DNA of 64,000 nt from Trichosphaerium sp. ATCC 40318 (taxonomy: Eukaryota; Protista; Tubulinea): the NCBI GenBank assembly GCA_038496445.1, contig JALMLS010000376.1, forward strand, positions 744,001 to 808,000, given 5' to 3'. Position 1 is the stretch's first letter; each line of letters begins with the position of its first letter. Made by a program: the position numbers and the translations under genes. The notes below the pieces were generated by a model. It searched no databases, was not told where the DNA came from, and saw nothing but the letters and a program-made list of their open reading frames with translations. Positions 1 to 10,659 of this stretch are shown here, in pieces.

Positions 1-604
1 AGTCTTCTTGTTGCTTAGCTGTTCTAATAGCTTGGAACGGAATGTAACATAGCTACTTTTTGGTTTAAAAGTAGCTTTGCTCGCGTCTGTACAGTACTCA
101 AAAGTTGACTAAGGTAGTTTGGAGTTGAATGCAATTGACTTCCATCAGTGCATTCAACTTTTCATGATAATTCTGTCATATAGTGGTTTCATTTCAAACG
201 TCAATATACATAGCTATAAGTACAGGCGTTAGTGCAATTGCTACTGGTATAAGTCTATAAAAACTCGACACTATCCGGATTTTGAAAAGAAAGTTTGCCC
301 AGTCACCAGTCTTGTGCTGAAACGATGCAAGCTACTTTAAAACAGCGCACTACGTTATAGAATCTTGAGTTTATAAATTGCAAAGGATTTTATTTTATCC
401 GATGGTTTCAGTAAACTTTCCTTCTTTGAAGCAATCTTTGTGAATTTTCTCGGGAAATAGTCAAACGAGCTCGGAGATAGCGCGAAACGATAGAATGAAC
501 ATTATTCTACCAATACACCAGTTTTCTACGCGGTTTAGGGTTTTTAAAAAAGCCGATGAACTTAACGCGTTTTATTGCTTAATAGTCTTAATTTAACGTC
601 CACC

Positions 605-2077
605 ATGTCACAACAGCCACTCTCGTTCACTTTTCTACCTAATGAAGAAGGTGCTGAGCCATTAACAAAGTCACAAAAAAAAGTACGTTCAAACAAGCAT
701 TAATTGTTCAGAATAGTACTTACCCACGCTCTGTCACCTTTTTAAACCATAATACAGCTTTCGTAACAATTTTAGTCATTTCTCCACTAACCCGTTCTAG
801 AAACTGAAAGAGCTTCATGCAAAGATCGCAGAGCTAGAAAATAGCGAAGATTACTTTCCAGAATCACCTGACTTGATAGAAGCGTTTTTACACGGAAGAA
901 AATGGAAAGTAGACCGTGCATTACAGACACTCACCAATTTTATAGTACGTACTATATATTTTTAAAGGAGAATAAACAACTTGTGTTAACGGAAATAAGC
1001 AACTCGAAAAAAAAAGCGGACCATTCACACTTGAAGGTTGCTTAGATCGCTATGAAGAAGGCGTTATGGTATGCCTATAGTTTTAATTAATTATTCTGAT
1101 TGTTTTAAAATTTAGTTGATACCACATGAAGCACGTGATAACGAAGGAAGACAGATAATTTATTTAACACCAAGGTAACTATTTTATTTTGTGCGGAAAT
1201 TTCAAGTTTTTATCTTGTGTCACATTCTTAAATTGATTTGTCAGGAACCAAAAGCCTGGTGCTGAAGAGGATATAGAAGCGCAAATTCGATTGACAATGT
1301 ATACTTTACTTAGAGCCATAAGAAGGTACGTTGTCAAGCGTTCTAAAAACAAAAATCAATGATGCTAAGCAAATAAAAGTTAACCCTTTTCTTCTTTACA
1401 GCAAAAAGACACTACAAAACGGTGTTATTATGATTTTGGACTTCAATAAAGCGCCTTTCAGACCTCCAAATCAGAAAATGAAAGAATTATTTGATGCCTT
1501 GAATGTACGTTCTTAAAAACAATATTTTTGAAGAATGACATAGATGTTGACATTGTTTTTTTTATTAGGAAGGATTTCCTGTTCGTTTTGGTCGTCAACT
1601 CATGTGTGATCCACCATGGTTCTTTTCTATTGTATGGAGCGTCTTTAAATACTTTATGTCAGAAAAGATCAGATCTAGAGTACAACTTACAACAACACCA
1701 GAGCTTAAAAAATACGCACCAGAGTCCAGTTTACCAACATGGCTTGGAGGTACGTCACAAAAATCCAGAAATCTCTTGTTAACTTTTTCATCATAGGAAC
1801 TCACGATTATGACCATATAGAAGTCGTACGAGAAGTATATAAAGAAAATGGTATTGATAGAACGTTGCCTGCACCTGGAGAAAGAAAAAGGGATGGCGGT
1901 AAGAAGTCAGAGTCCGATTTAGCGAAAGAGGCAAAAGTAGAAAAAAAAATGGAAAAAAAAGAGTACAAAGCTTTACAAAAAGAACTCAAGGCGGAGAGAA
2001 AAGCGCTCAAGAAAGAAGAAAAACTTTCCCAAAAATCCTCTAAGAAAGGTGATGACGAGATTACCATTGTAGAATAA
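605..2077 (+). CDS. CRAL-TRIO/Sec14-family lipid-binding protein, multi-exon, Lys/Glu-rich tail
   Basis: Spliced translation: MSQQPLSF...IEAFLHGRKWKVDRALQTLTNF...ARDNEGRQIIYL...GVIMILDF...FPVRFGRQLMCDPPWFFSIVWSVFKYFMSEKIRSRV...LPTWLGGT; GT-AG introns; AATAAA at the stop. Confidence 0.9.
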
Positions 2078-2444
2078 AAATAAAAACAAATTTTTCGAAA
2101 GCACTGATGAGCTCGTTGAAAACTGTCTTTATACAACACGTGACCTTTTTCAAAAACCAACTAGACTTAATTGCACAACAAGCTAAAAATCAACTTGTTG
2201 TAGTGCAATCAAAATAGTCTACCAATAATAAATAAAGTTTATTACTAATCAAAGCATGATGCTCTCAATGTTCTTTTATGTAACAAAAACGCTGTAAAAT
2301 TTGCCCAGGTGCCTTAGAAACTTCTGTGTACGCAACGCTGATCTATACAAATATTCATCCTATGAGCAGTTGCTTTGAATTAGTCACACCAACAGTACTT
2401 GGTGATAGAAAAGTTTTGTCTTTTTTTTTTGTAATGATCACTTC

Positions 2445-3169
2445 TTAGATCAGGTCTGCGTTCCAATTTGTCCCATCCCAAGCTTTGTACATCATGCAGA
2501 CACCACATCTGTACCTAGCACCTTTATATTGTACATGATCAAGTGGTAGTACTCCTTTAACACGAACAGTCCATTTTGATTTATCCCAAGATAGATAATT
2601 CAAAAAATCCGCCTCGTGACCAGATACAGCTCCTTCTTTAATGTGATGAAACTTTCCATTGACAAGCTTAGTTGACCAGTTACTTCCATCCCAAGATTTG
2701 TACTTCAAGACGTCCGACTCTTCGAGATTAGAGCTTTTTTCGCTGCTGTAGCGCCATTTAATGCCACAAAGCTTGACAGTCCACACACCATCATTCCAGT
2801 CTCGCATAACAATACTAGTTGTGCCCTCTCGTTCTAAGACAAACAAAGTCAGATTTTTGGGTTTTACAAAAAGCTAACCAGTGTCACTGTCCTTCTTTGT
2901 ACAAACAAACTTGTTATCTCTCAATACACATGACCATTTAGAGTCATCTGCTTCTTTGTACCGCAAAACCTAATTGAGTTATGTAACGTTATTGCAATTG
3001 TCTACCATACACTATCGTGATGTCCTGAGGACGCTCCTTCCTTAGCGAGCAGAAATTTACCATTGTCTATGGAAACAATCCAATTGCTTCCATCCCACGT
3101 TTTGTACTGTAACTTGTCCACAGAATGGCCATTAGAAGCTCCTTGTGCGGTTAGGTGGAAAAAAGACAT
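2445..3169 (-). CDS. Uncharacterised Trp-rich tandem-repeat protein (YxxWDGSNW repeats), 3 exons
   Basis: MSFFHL...LQYKTWDGSNWIV...|VLRYKEADDSKWSC...|IVMRDWNDGVWTV...LKYKSWDGSNWST...LNYLSWDKSKWTV...MMYKAWDGTNWNA; two in-frame GT-AG introns join ORFs 3002..3247 and 2445..2846. Confidence 0.8.
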
Positions 3170-3294
3170 GACACTCGTAAATTCGCTATTGGCTAGCAGG
3201 TGAAGCAACTGTAAAGCGGTATTCAGCGTATTCAACAAAAATAACAATTAAAAAGCAACGGTCGTTTGTTTTCTTATTCAGTACATTTCGCGCT

Positions 3295-6200
3295 ATGAGA
3301 AGTCTGCTGCTTGTCGTCGTACTACTAGCAGTTACTGCTGCGCTTGAACCTTTCCAAGGAAAAGATCTACACGCTGTTAAACGCGTTTCAGGTCCATCAT
3401 CTAATGATAAACATATTGTGTTTGCCTCTCGCTTCTGGGTACGCGTTTAGAGATTGTTTTACGCACTACACTTTATTTGACAGTTGTAGGATATTAAAAC
3501 TGGTGTAGCAACCACAAAATTGCGTAGAATTGCTATGGAACCAACTGTACAAGATGCTGTAGATTTGACATCTAACGACGGATCGAGTGATTCTTCACCA
3601 ATAATCGTTGGGGATGATGTATACTTCTTATCCACGCGAAGCGGTTCATCACAACTCCATAAAGGTAAGTATTTTCCACAGCTTTTTCCAAAAAGAATAC
3701 ACGCATTTTATTATCTTCTCACACGCTCTAGTACCTCTTACAGGCACTGAAGCTGCCGTTACACAAGTATCTACCTTTCCTGTACCTATCTCTGATTTAG
3801 TCATCGATCCACAAGGTACAGTAGCTGTATTCGATAGCTGTATTGCTCTTAAACCGTTTTTTCACCAACCGTCCTTCCTGAATCTAACTTTTACGTTCAG
3901 GAAAATTTTTCTTGTTCTCAGCTTCTGTTTATCTTGACTGCGAGGATCTAACTTGTACTGCAAAAAGAGACCAGGTACTATACATACAAGGCTTTTTTGG
4001 TGCTTCTTTCTTCTTTAGCGCTTCAAAACGTGAATTCGTTTTTTGACTCAAATATCTTTCTTAGGCATTGGCTGATATTGGTCCAAACCGTATGACAGTA
4101 TACACAAAGCTATTTATACGCCATTGGGATACTTGGGAAACACCTGGAAAATTTTACCATATCTTCTATGCACCTCTTCGTTCAGGACTTACAGAAAATG
4201 ATGTTACTGATGTTCTCGCAAAGAAGGAATTAAACTCACCAGTTCCTCCATTTGGTGGTATGTCTGTTCATCCGTCAAACGAGAAATTTCGCTTTTTTTC
4301 GCATTTTTTTTTTGATTTGGTTTCCTCGTTTGCTTACGTCTTTCCTACTCCAGGTGCTGAGCAGATTTCTATCGCTCCTGATGGTAAACAGTTTGCATTG
4401 ACCGTTGAGGATGCTTCTTCAAGTGCTCAAGCTTGGACAACTGGTTGGGATATCTACACAGTAAACGTTGGAGATAATGGTCCTGAAGATCCAATATTAA
4501 TTACAGGGTATTTACTAGTACTTATAGATGTTTTCTAACGTGCTTCTTCCCTAAGATACACCTCTGCAAGAACGCAAAACCCTGCATACGCTCCATCTTC
4601 CAAGTGGCTTGCTTACGGGTACGTCAACGACGGGGGTTTTTTGTTTTCTCTAAGAATGAAGTCTTGGCCTTACTCTCGTTTTTAGTGCTATGATAAGACC
4701 CGGTTATGAAGCTGATCAACTCCATGTTGTTCTATATGATGAAGTAAAGAACGTTACTTCAATGCTACCTCTGGTACAATAATAGTTTTTGAAAAAAAAA
4801 ACCGTTTTTAACAATACTTACCTTATTTAGCCTAACTTTGATAAATCTGTCGATTCACTTGTTTGGGTTGATGACAACAACCTAGTTGCCAGTGCTGATG
4901 CAGATGGAAAGCATAAGCTATTCCTTATTCATACAAACACATCACTAGAACCAGAGGTAATTGCTGATGTTGGTACAAACTCTGGAGTCACATCAACTGG
5001 AACAGCAGGAGAGGTAATAAATGAGCAAAAAGAAAACAACAAAAAACCCTAATTTGTTCTGTAGTTCGTTTTCACTCAGAGTACATGGGCGTCTCCAAAT
5101 GAAGTATTCCACTTGAAGATCGATATTGATAAACGCACTCACGAGATTAAGAAAAGTAAGTATAACCATATAACCGCTAAACCACTTCGACAAAAAAAAA
5201 GAGTGAAAATTTTTTTTCAAGTCAAATGTCAGTCTTTTTGTTTCTTTCTTGTAACTTTCTAACGATTTATAGTTTCGAAAGAGAACGACGATTTCTTATC
5301 AACATTTTACATGGCACGTGGTGAGAGTATGGTATACGACTCCAACGGCACTGTGCGTTAAAAAAAGTCTAAAAAAACTTTGCAATCTAATTATTAGTCT
5401 GTTCAAGCATGGTATTGGGAACCTTTCAACAAGGAAGCTGGTAAAGTATACCCAATCGCATTATTGATTCGTACGACTAATATCTTTGAATTCATCAAAT
5501 CTAACTAGCTATGATGTAGATGGTGGTCCACAAGGTGCTTGGAATGACGGATGGAGCTACAGATGGAACCCACAACTTTGGTAAGCATCTTTTTTGGTCT
5601 CAACAAAAACCTTAGTGTCTCTGTGCATGCAAAACTCTGTTTGTGCTTATATACACTGTTAGGGCTTCTAGAGGATACGCTGTTATCGCAATAAACCCTT
5701 GCGGTAGTACCGGATTTGGCCAGGATGTTACTGACTGTGTGAACGGTGATTGGGGTGGTGAACCATACCATCAGATAATAAACGGTTTAAACAATATTTC
5801 AAGTCAATTCGAATGGATGGACGGAAGTAAGTAAAAATCCAGACCACACAAAGGGCTTGCTAACTTCTGTTTTAGATAATGTATGTGCTAATGGTGCTTC
5901 TTACGGTGGTTATATGATTAACTGGATAGCTGGAAACTCTCCAACACGATTTAAATGTCTTATTAATCATGATGGTATGGGTTCTTGTTTTAATCCTGAC
6001 ACGTGACTGTTCTTTTTTACTTATCTTTTAAAAGGTGTATTTGATACATACTCTATGTTTTTCACAACTGAGGAATTATGGTACTGAGCTATTTTTTGTG
6101 TTTGAAGAAAAACGAAGAAGACAGAAATCTTACTTGGTTTTTTTTAAAGGTTCACCGAGTGGGAATTTGGTCATGCTACACCAATGGAAAATTCTACTTT

Positions 6201-6897
6201 ATATGACAAATGGAACCCAGCAAGACATGCTGATAAATGGGAAACACCTATGCTCGTAGTACAAGGTGGACATGATTTCAGAGTACGCCAATCACAATAA
6301 AAAAACCAACTAACACTTTTGATAAATAGGTACCTATTGGTCAAGGTATTGGTACATTTACAGCTCTACAACGTCAAGGTATTGAATCAAAACTTTTGTT
6401 CCTCGAGGTAAGTATAATCCCTTACATCACGTGTGAATACACGTGTTGTTTAACAGTCTGTTCTTACTCTTTTTTAAGATGGAAAGTCATTGGGTTTTGC
6501 AACCATTTAACGGTATTGAATGGTACTTCGAAGTTCTTGCTTGGCAAGACAAGTACACCTCAAATACTCCACCATACACACCTGCATTACCTGAAAGACC
6601 TTCTAATGTCTCTCCAACTCCTTATACTCCAATAGTAGAAAAGGAATATTCAAAGTAAGTGCAACACTTTTTGTTACACCCAGTGCTTCCTCGTTCGAGC
6701 CAAAATCAGTGAATGAATTTCTTACTTTGTTTTTTTTCAGGTCTTGGGTTGCACCTACGATTCTTTGTGTTCTACTTGTTGTTGTAATCATTTGTTTGAT
6801 TGCTTATATTGCTACTCGTGGAGGTAGTTACGATAGGTACTACACATTAAAAAATAAACGTAAGGTAGCCTAAATGCTTGTTTTTAGAGTTAATTAA
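3295..6897 (+). CDS. S9 family serine peptidase (dipeptidyl-peptidase V-like) with signal peptide and C-terminal transmembrane helix
   Basis: Signal [16 protein letters not shown]; [12 protein letters not shown]; [17 protein letters not shown]; nucleophile motif GASYGGYM at ~5893; DFRVP; ESHWVLQP; hydrophobic tail [22 protein letters not shown]. Confidence 0.93.
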
Positions 6898-7275
6898 AGT
6901 ATCAAAAGGATTGACTTGTTCAAAAAAAAAAACAAGAATAAAATAAGTAACTATTTTTCTACAAACTTTTGTTGTTTACGCCTCGAGAATACCATCAATC
7001 AGTTCGAAAAAGACGCAAGTGATCGAAAAAAACCAAGCCAACAGCGGGTTTAGCGCAATTATAGGTAGTTATGGTAAGGGTTTTCACAAGAGAAAATACA
7101 TAAATACTCCCTTCGTTTATTCGAACATTGCAAAGGAAATATCCCTTTCAATACAATTGGGGAGTTCCCGTACTGTGAACCATTGTTCAGGCGAAAAGAA
7201 TACTTCCTTAACATTAGGAAGTGAATTGTAATTAAGGAACAGTAGACAGCAATTAATAGTAATAGATTGGCGTTC

Positions 7276-9338
7276 ATGGCATCATCCCACGCTAGATTAC
7301 AGCTTAGTGTTAGCCTTAGTCCGGAGCAAATACTGCGGACAGCAATTAAAACAGGCGTACCGAAATACAATAAAGGAGATTATAATGGGTGTTACCAGGA
7401 TTTCTTAGCGTGCGTGTTGTTTATTCACATGTGTTTTATGGAATGTTGAAAAAGAAACTCTGACTTCCGTTTAGCGCTGTTGCTCAACTCAATAACTTCC
7501 TTGATAAGAGGTCACCACATTACAAACCAGTGCTCAAAGCTAAACAAGAAGCTAAGCTATTCTGGCAAAACGGGCGCTACTCTAGCGCTTGTTGGCGTAT
7601 CCGAGAGGCTTTTGATGATATTCTAGAAGGTACAAGGACTTTAATTGGAGTATTCGCAGTCTAATGATGGGAAATGTTTAGCGGATCCTTTGAAGGAGTG
7701 CACGCGTGTTGTAGTACGCGCTACGAGGAAGGGATCAAGTCGCTATAATAGAGGAAACTACGTCGGGTACGAGAAAATAATTCTTGAGAGATTTTTCGTG
7801 AGAGAAAAGCGCTCTTTGTTTTTTTTTTCAGCTCCCTGCACGCAAATTATTCGTTATTTCACGTGATTAGTTTGTCGGTTTTTTTTTTGTCCTTCTTTGA
7901 CGTCACGTGATTTTGTTGAAACGGCATATTTTTTTTTTCTAACTTCACGGTGTTTTTGTTGGATATGATATCCACAGTAATCGTAGTAAAATAAACCTAG
8001 TGAGAAATCATTCAATTCATGCAAATCTTTTTTTTCTGTAGCATTCAGCTGATTTGTTTCAAAACAGGTGCTACAAATTATATAAAAAGAGAACACAGCA
8101 CATGATTGCATTATTGAGGCCAAAATACAAAGGTACCGATATTTTTCTATTATAACGGATGCGGAAGTTGTCTAATATGGTCGTTAATAGAGGAAGCCAA
8201 AAAGTTCATTGATGGTTTAGCGAAAGCACAAACTCAAAACGCTAAAGAAGCTTCATGGACACTCAGAAACCACTTTGACAATTTTTACAAGCGCGCTGTT
8301 AAGAAGCAAATAAAGACGTCAATTGAACTAAGAAAAGAGAGAGTGGGCGGTGCCAAGGGGAAGAAGGATGACAAGAAAGATGATAAGAAGGATGATAAGA
8401 AGGATGTTAAAGATGGTAAAGACTCCCCAAAGAAATCAGCAACTGAGCACGCCAAGGATTTGAAGAAAGTTCTTGTCAAGTACGTACATTCTCTTGTGAG
8501 ATTACACACAACGCATGTATTCTAAGTTTTTCTTGATAAGGATAAAAAATGAAATGGATGTGCAGTTCCCTCCTGAATTCTATGATCCTATTTCGTTGGA
8601 GGTGAGCTATGGCTACATAAACAACTTTTTTATTTTGCAATACTTTCTGTAAGTTTTAATGTTAACACGTGCTTTAGTTGATGCAAGATCCTGTTGTCAC
8701 TTGCGATGGCCATTCATACGATAAGTCTAGTATAAAGAAATGGCTGGAAACAAATGATACGTCACCTATCACAGGTATGGGTTAATAGAGAGTTAAAGAG
8801 ACTAACTTTTTTAGGGCTAAAACTAAAGACCAAAAATACAATTCCGAACCATAATCTTCGCAGCCAGATTCAATCAATGACACTTAATGCTCTTCGTGCT
8901 AGCGCAAGACAACAAACACGTAGAGCACCACCTCGTTCCAAACACCCAAAGAAAAAGGTTGACAACACTACCAAGAAGAGCGATAAATCCTCGCCGAAGA
9001 AAGGAGGATCACCAGCTCCTACAGAGTACAGTGACTTGCTCGGTAACGACCCATTTCAGGTTTACAAACCTGTGGCTGTTGGTTCACCAAAGAAAGGTTC
9101 TAATAACCACGAACGAACTAACACTGGAGTCAACGAGAGGTTCGTTTTATAACGTTACAAATGCAAGTTTGCTAATTTTCTTGTTTTAAGATTTTTGTCT
9201 TCTTCTTCCAGTGATGACAACGAATTTAATCCCTTTGGGACTCAGTATACAAACCCTTTTGTTGATGCACTATCAACTGGTACAAACACTTCTGTGGATT
9301 CATCTCTTAACCCACAAGAAGACTTACTGGAATTGTAA
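7276..9338 (+). CDS. U-box E3 ubiquitin ligase with two N-terminal helical repeats and C-terminal NPF/DPF motifs
   Basis: U-box FPPEFYDPISLE|LMQDPVVTCDGHSYDKSSIKKWLETNDTSPIT|GLKLKTKNTIPNHNLRSQI (~8565-8870); repeats TAIKTGVPKYNKGDYNGC...WRIREAFD and RATRKGSSRYNRGNYVG...WTLRNHFD. Confidence 0.85.
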
Positions 9339-9578
9339 ATTTAGTGTAACAAAAATAGAAACATTTATCACGTGCCGTGTTGTGTTTGAGTAAAATTAGC
9401 CAATCAGTAGCATGAACGTAACTAGGGTTATGAAGAATGTGGTCAATTGTGTAATGTGCTTATTTTAGGAACCAGAATTGTTAATAGTCGTTAATTGTGA
9501 TCACTGAAGAGGGCGTGTCTGTTACGGGCTACTAATTGCGGTATTGAAAGACTATGACTTTGATTATTTTATTTCAAC

Positions 9579-10461
9579 ATGGAGAAGCTACGCAACTTAT
9601 GGAAAGACTCATACGCAACCGAGGAGAAAAAAATACGCGTCGTAGAGTTTTTAAGCGCTTATGAAGAGTTGAAGATAATTGTTGGTACTTACTTACCTCG
9701 TAAAACCGTGTGGAGCCATTTTAACGCAAGTAGGTCACTTGGGTTATGCTTTTGGCTTTGTTCAACAAGACATGGCAACTAAAATTCAAATCATCGGGGA
9801 TGTAGCTAAAACGTATCCTGTACGCTTATACGAAGCTAATATCGGAGTACAAACTCAATTCTAAATTTGTGCGCTTCTAGGACAAAGTGTTCATAGAGGA
9901 CATCATACTGGAGGTAATAATACATCGCTAGCACGTACAGAAATACTTACCGTCTGAGAAAAGGAAGCAAAAAAAGAAGACTTTCGCAAAACAAAGAGCA
10001 CCCTTGCTCGTAATGTATTACGCCTGTGGAGAGCCTTGGAGTTTGTTTGCGTACGCTTTTGGACAATTCCACTTATCTTTCGAGAAGTGCCAGACGGAAA
10101 CCTCTTTATCTCATTCCAACTAGTTATTTCTGAGGAATCTAGAAGCTGGTAATGTAGAAGTATGCCCTGCTCTCTCCTCAGCATACACAGACACGTTGAA
10201 AGTACGTTAATGATTATTTTTAAAGGTTTTTTGTAAATTGATTTTACAAAAACTTATACCTATCAGAAATACCATCCTTGGCTATTGCAACAAAGTATTT
10301 ACGTTGCTGTGCGTACAGCACCATACAAGGCGAATTTTTTTAAGGCCATTGGCGTAACTGAGGAAGAAGCAAAAAAACTTGACACTGTAGATCATATGGA
10401 ATCTGTTCGTGATAATTTAAAAGCGTTTTGGGAGAAACATGACATGATGATGCTTCCTTGA
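9579..10461 (+). CDS. Glycolipid transfer protein (GLTP-fold; CPTP/ACD11-like)
   Basis: FLSAYEELKIIV|GHLGYAFGFVQQDMATKIQII...RNVLRLWRALEF...KYHPWLLQQSIYVAVRTAP. Confidence 0.88.
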
Positions 10462-10659
10462 GTTGTACTTTTCAGTAAATAAATATAACCGTTTAGTAGT
10501 ACGTCTTTTCGCGGTTTATATGCGTGTGTACTCGTGTGGAGTGCTTTGCTGAAAGACGTACAAAACTGCAAAGTGTGTTAAGTAACGGTTTACATCAGCT
10601 GGTAAACTCGCAAACGGGTAACCAAGCATTGAAGTGTTGTTTTTAACGGGTTTTGCGTA

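Noticed and set aside
1-560. Possible minus-strand gene running off the left edge
   Set aside because: Only short open stretches; no confident start, splice pattern or recognisable protein
2104-2125. CTGATGA...GAAA resembling a hammerhead ribozyme core
   Set aside because: No stem II pairing and no stem I/III or NUH cleavage-site complement
1807-2160. Antisense ORFs (also 8285-8509, 11213-11452, 40967-41403, 49489-49749, 54637-55488)
   Set aside because: Shadows of low-complexity or repeat coding sequence on the opposite strand
8359-8410. AAG(A/G)GATGA(C/T) tandem repeat
   Set aside because: Ordinary KKDD low-complexity coding linker in the U-box protein
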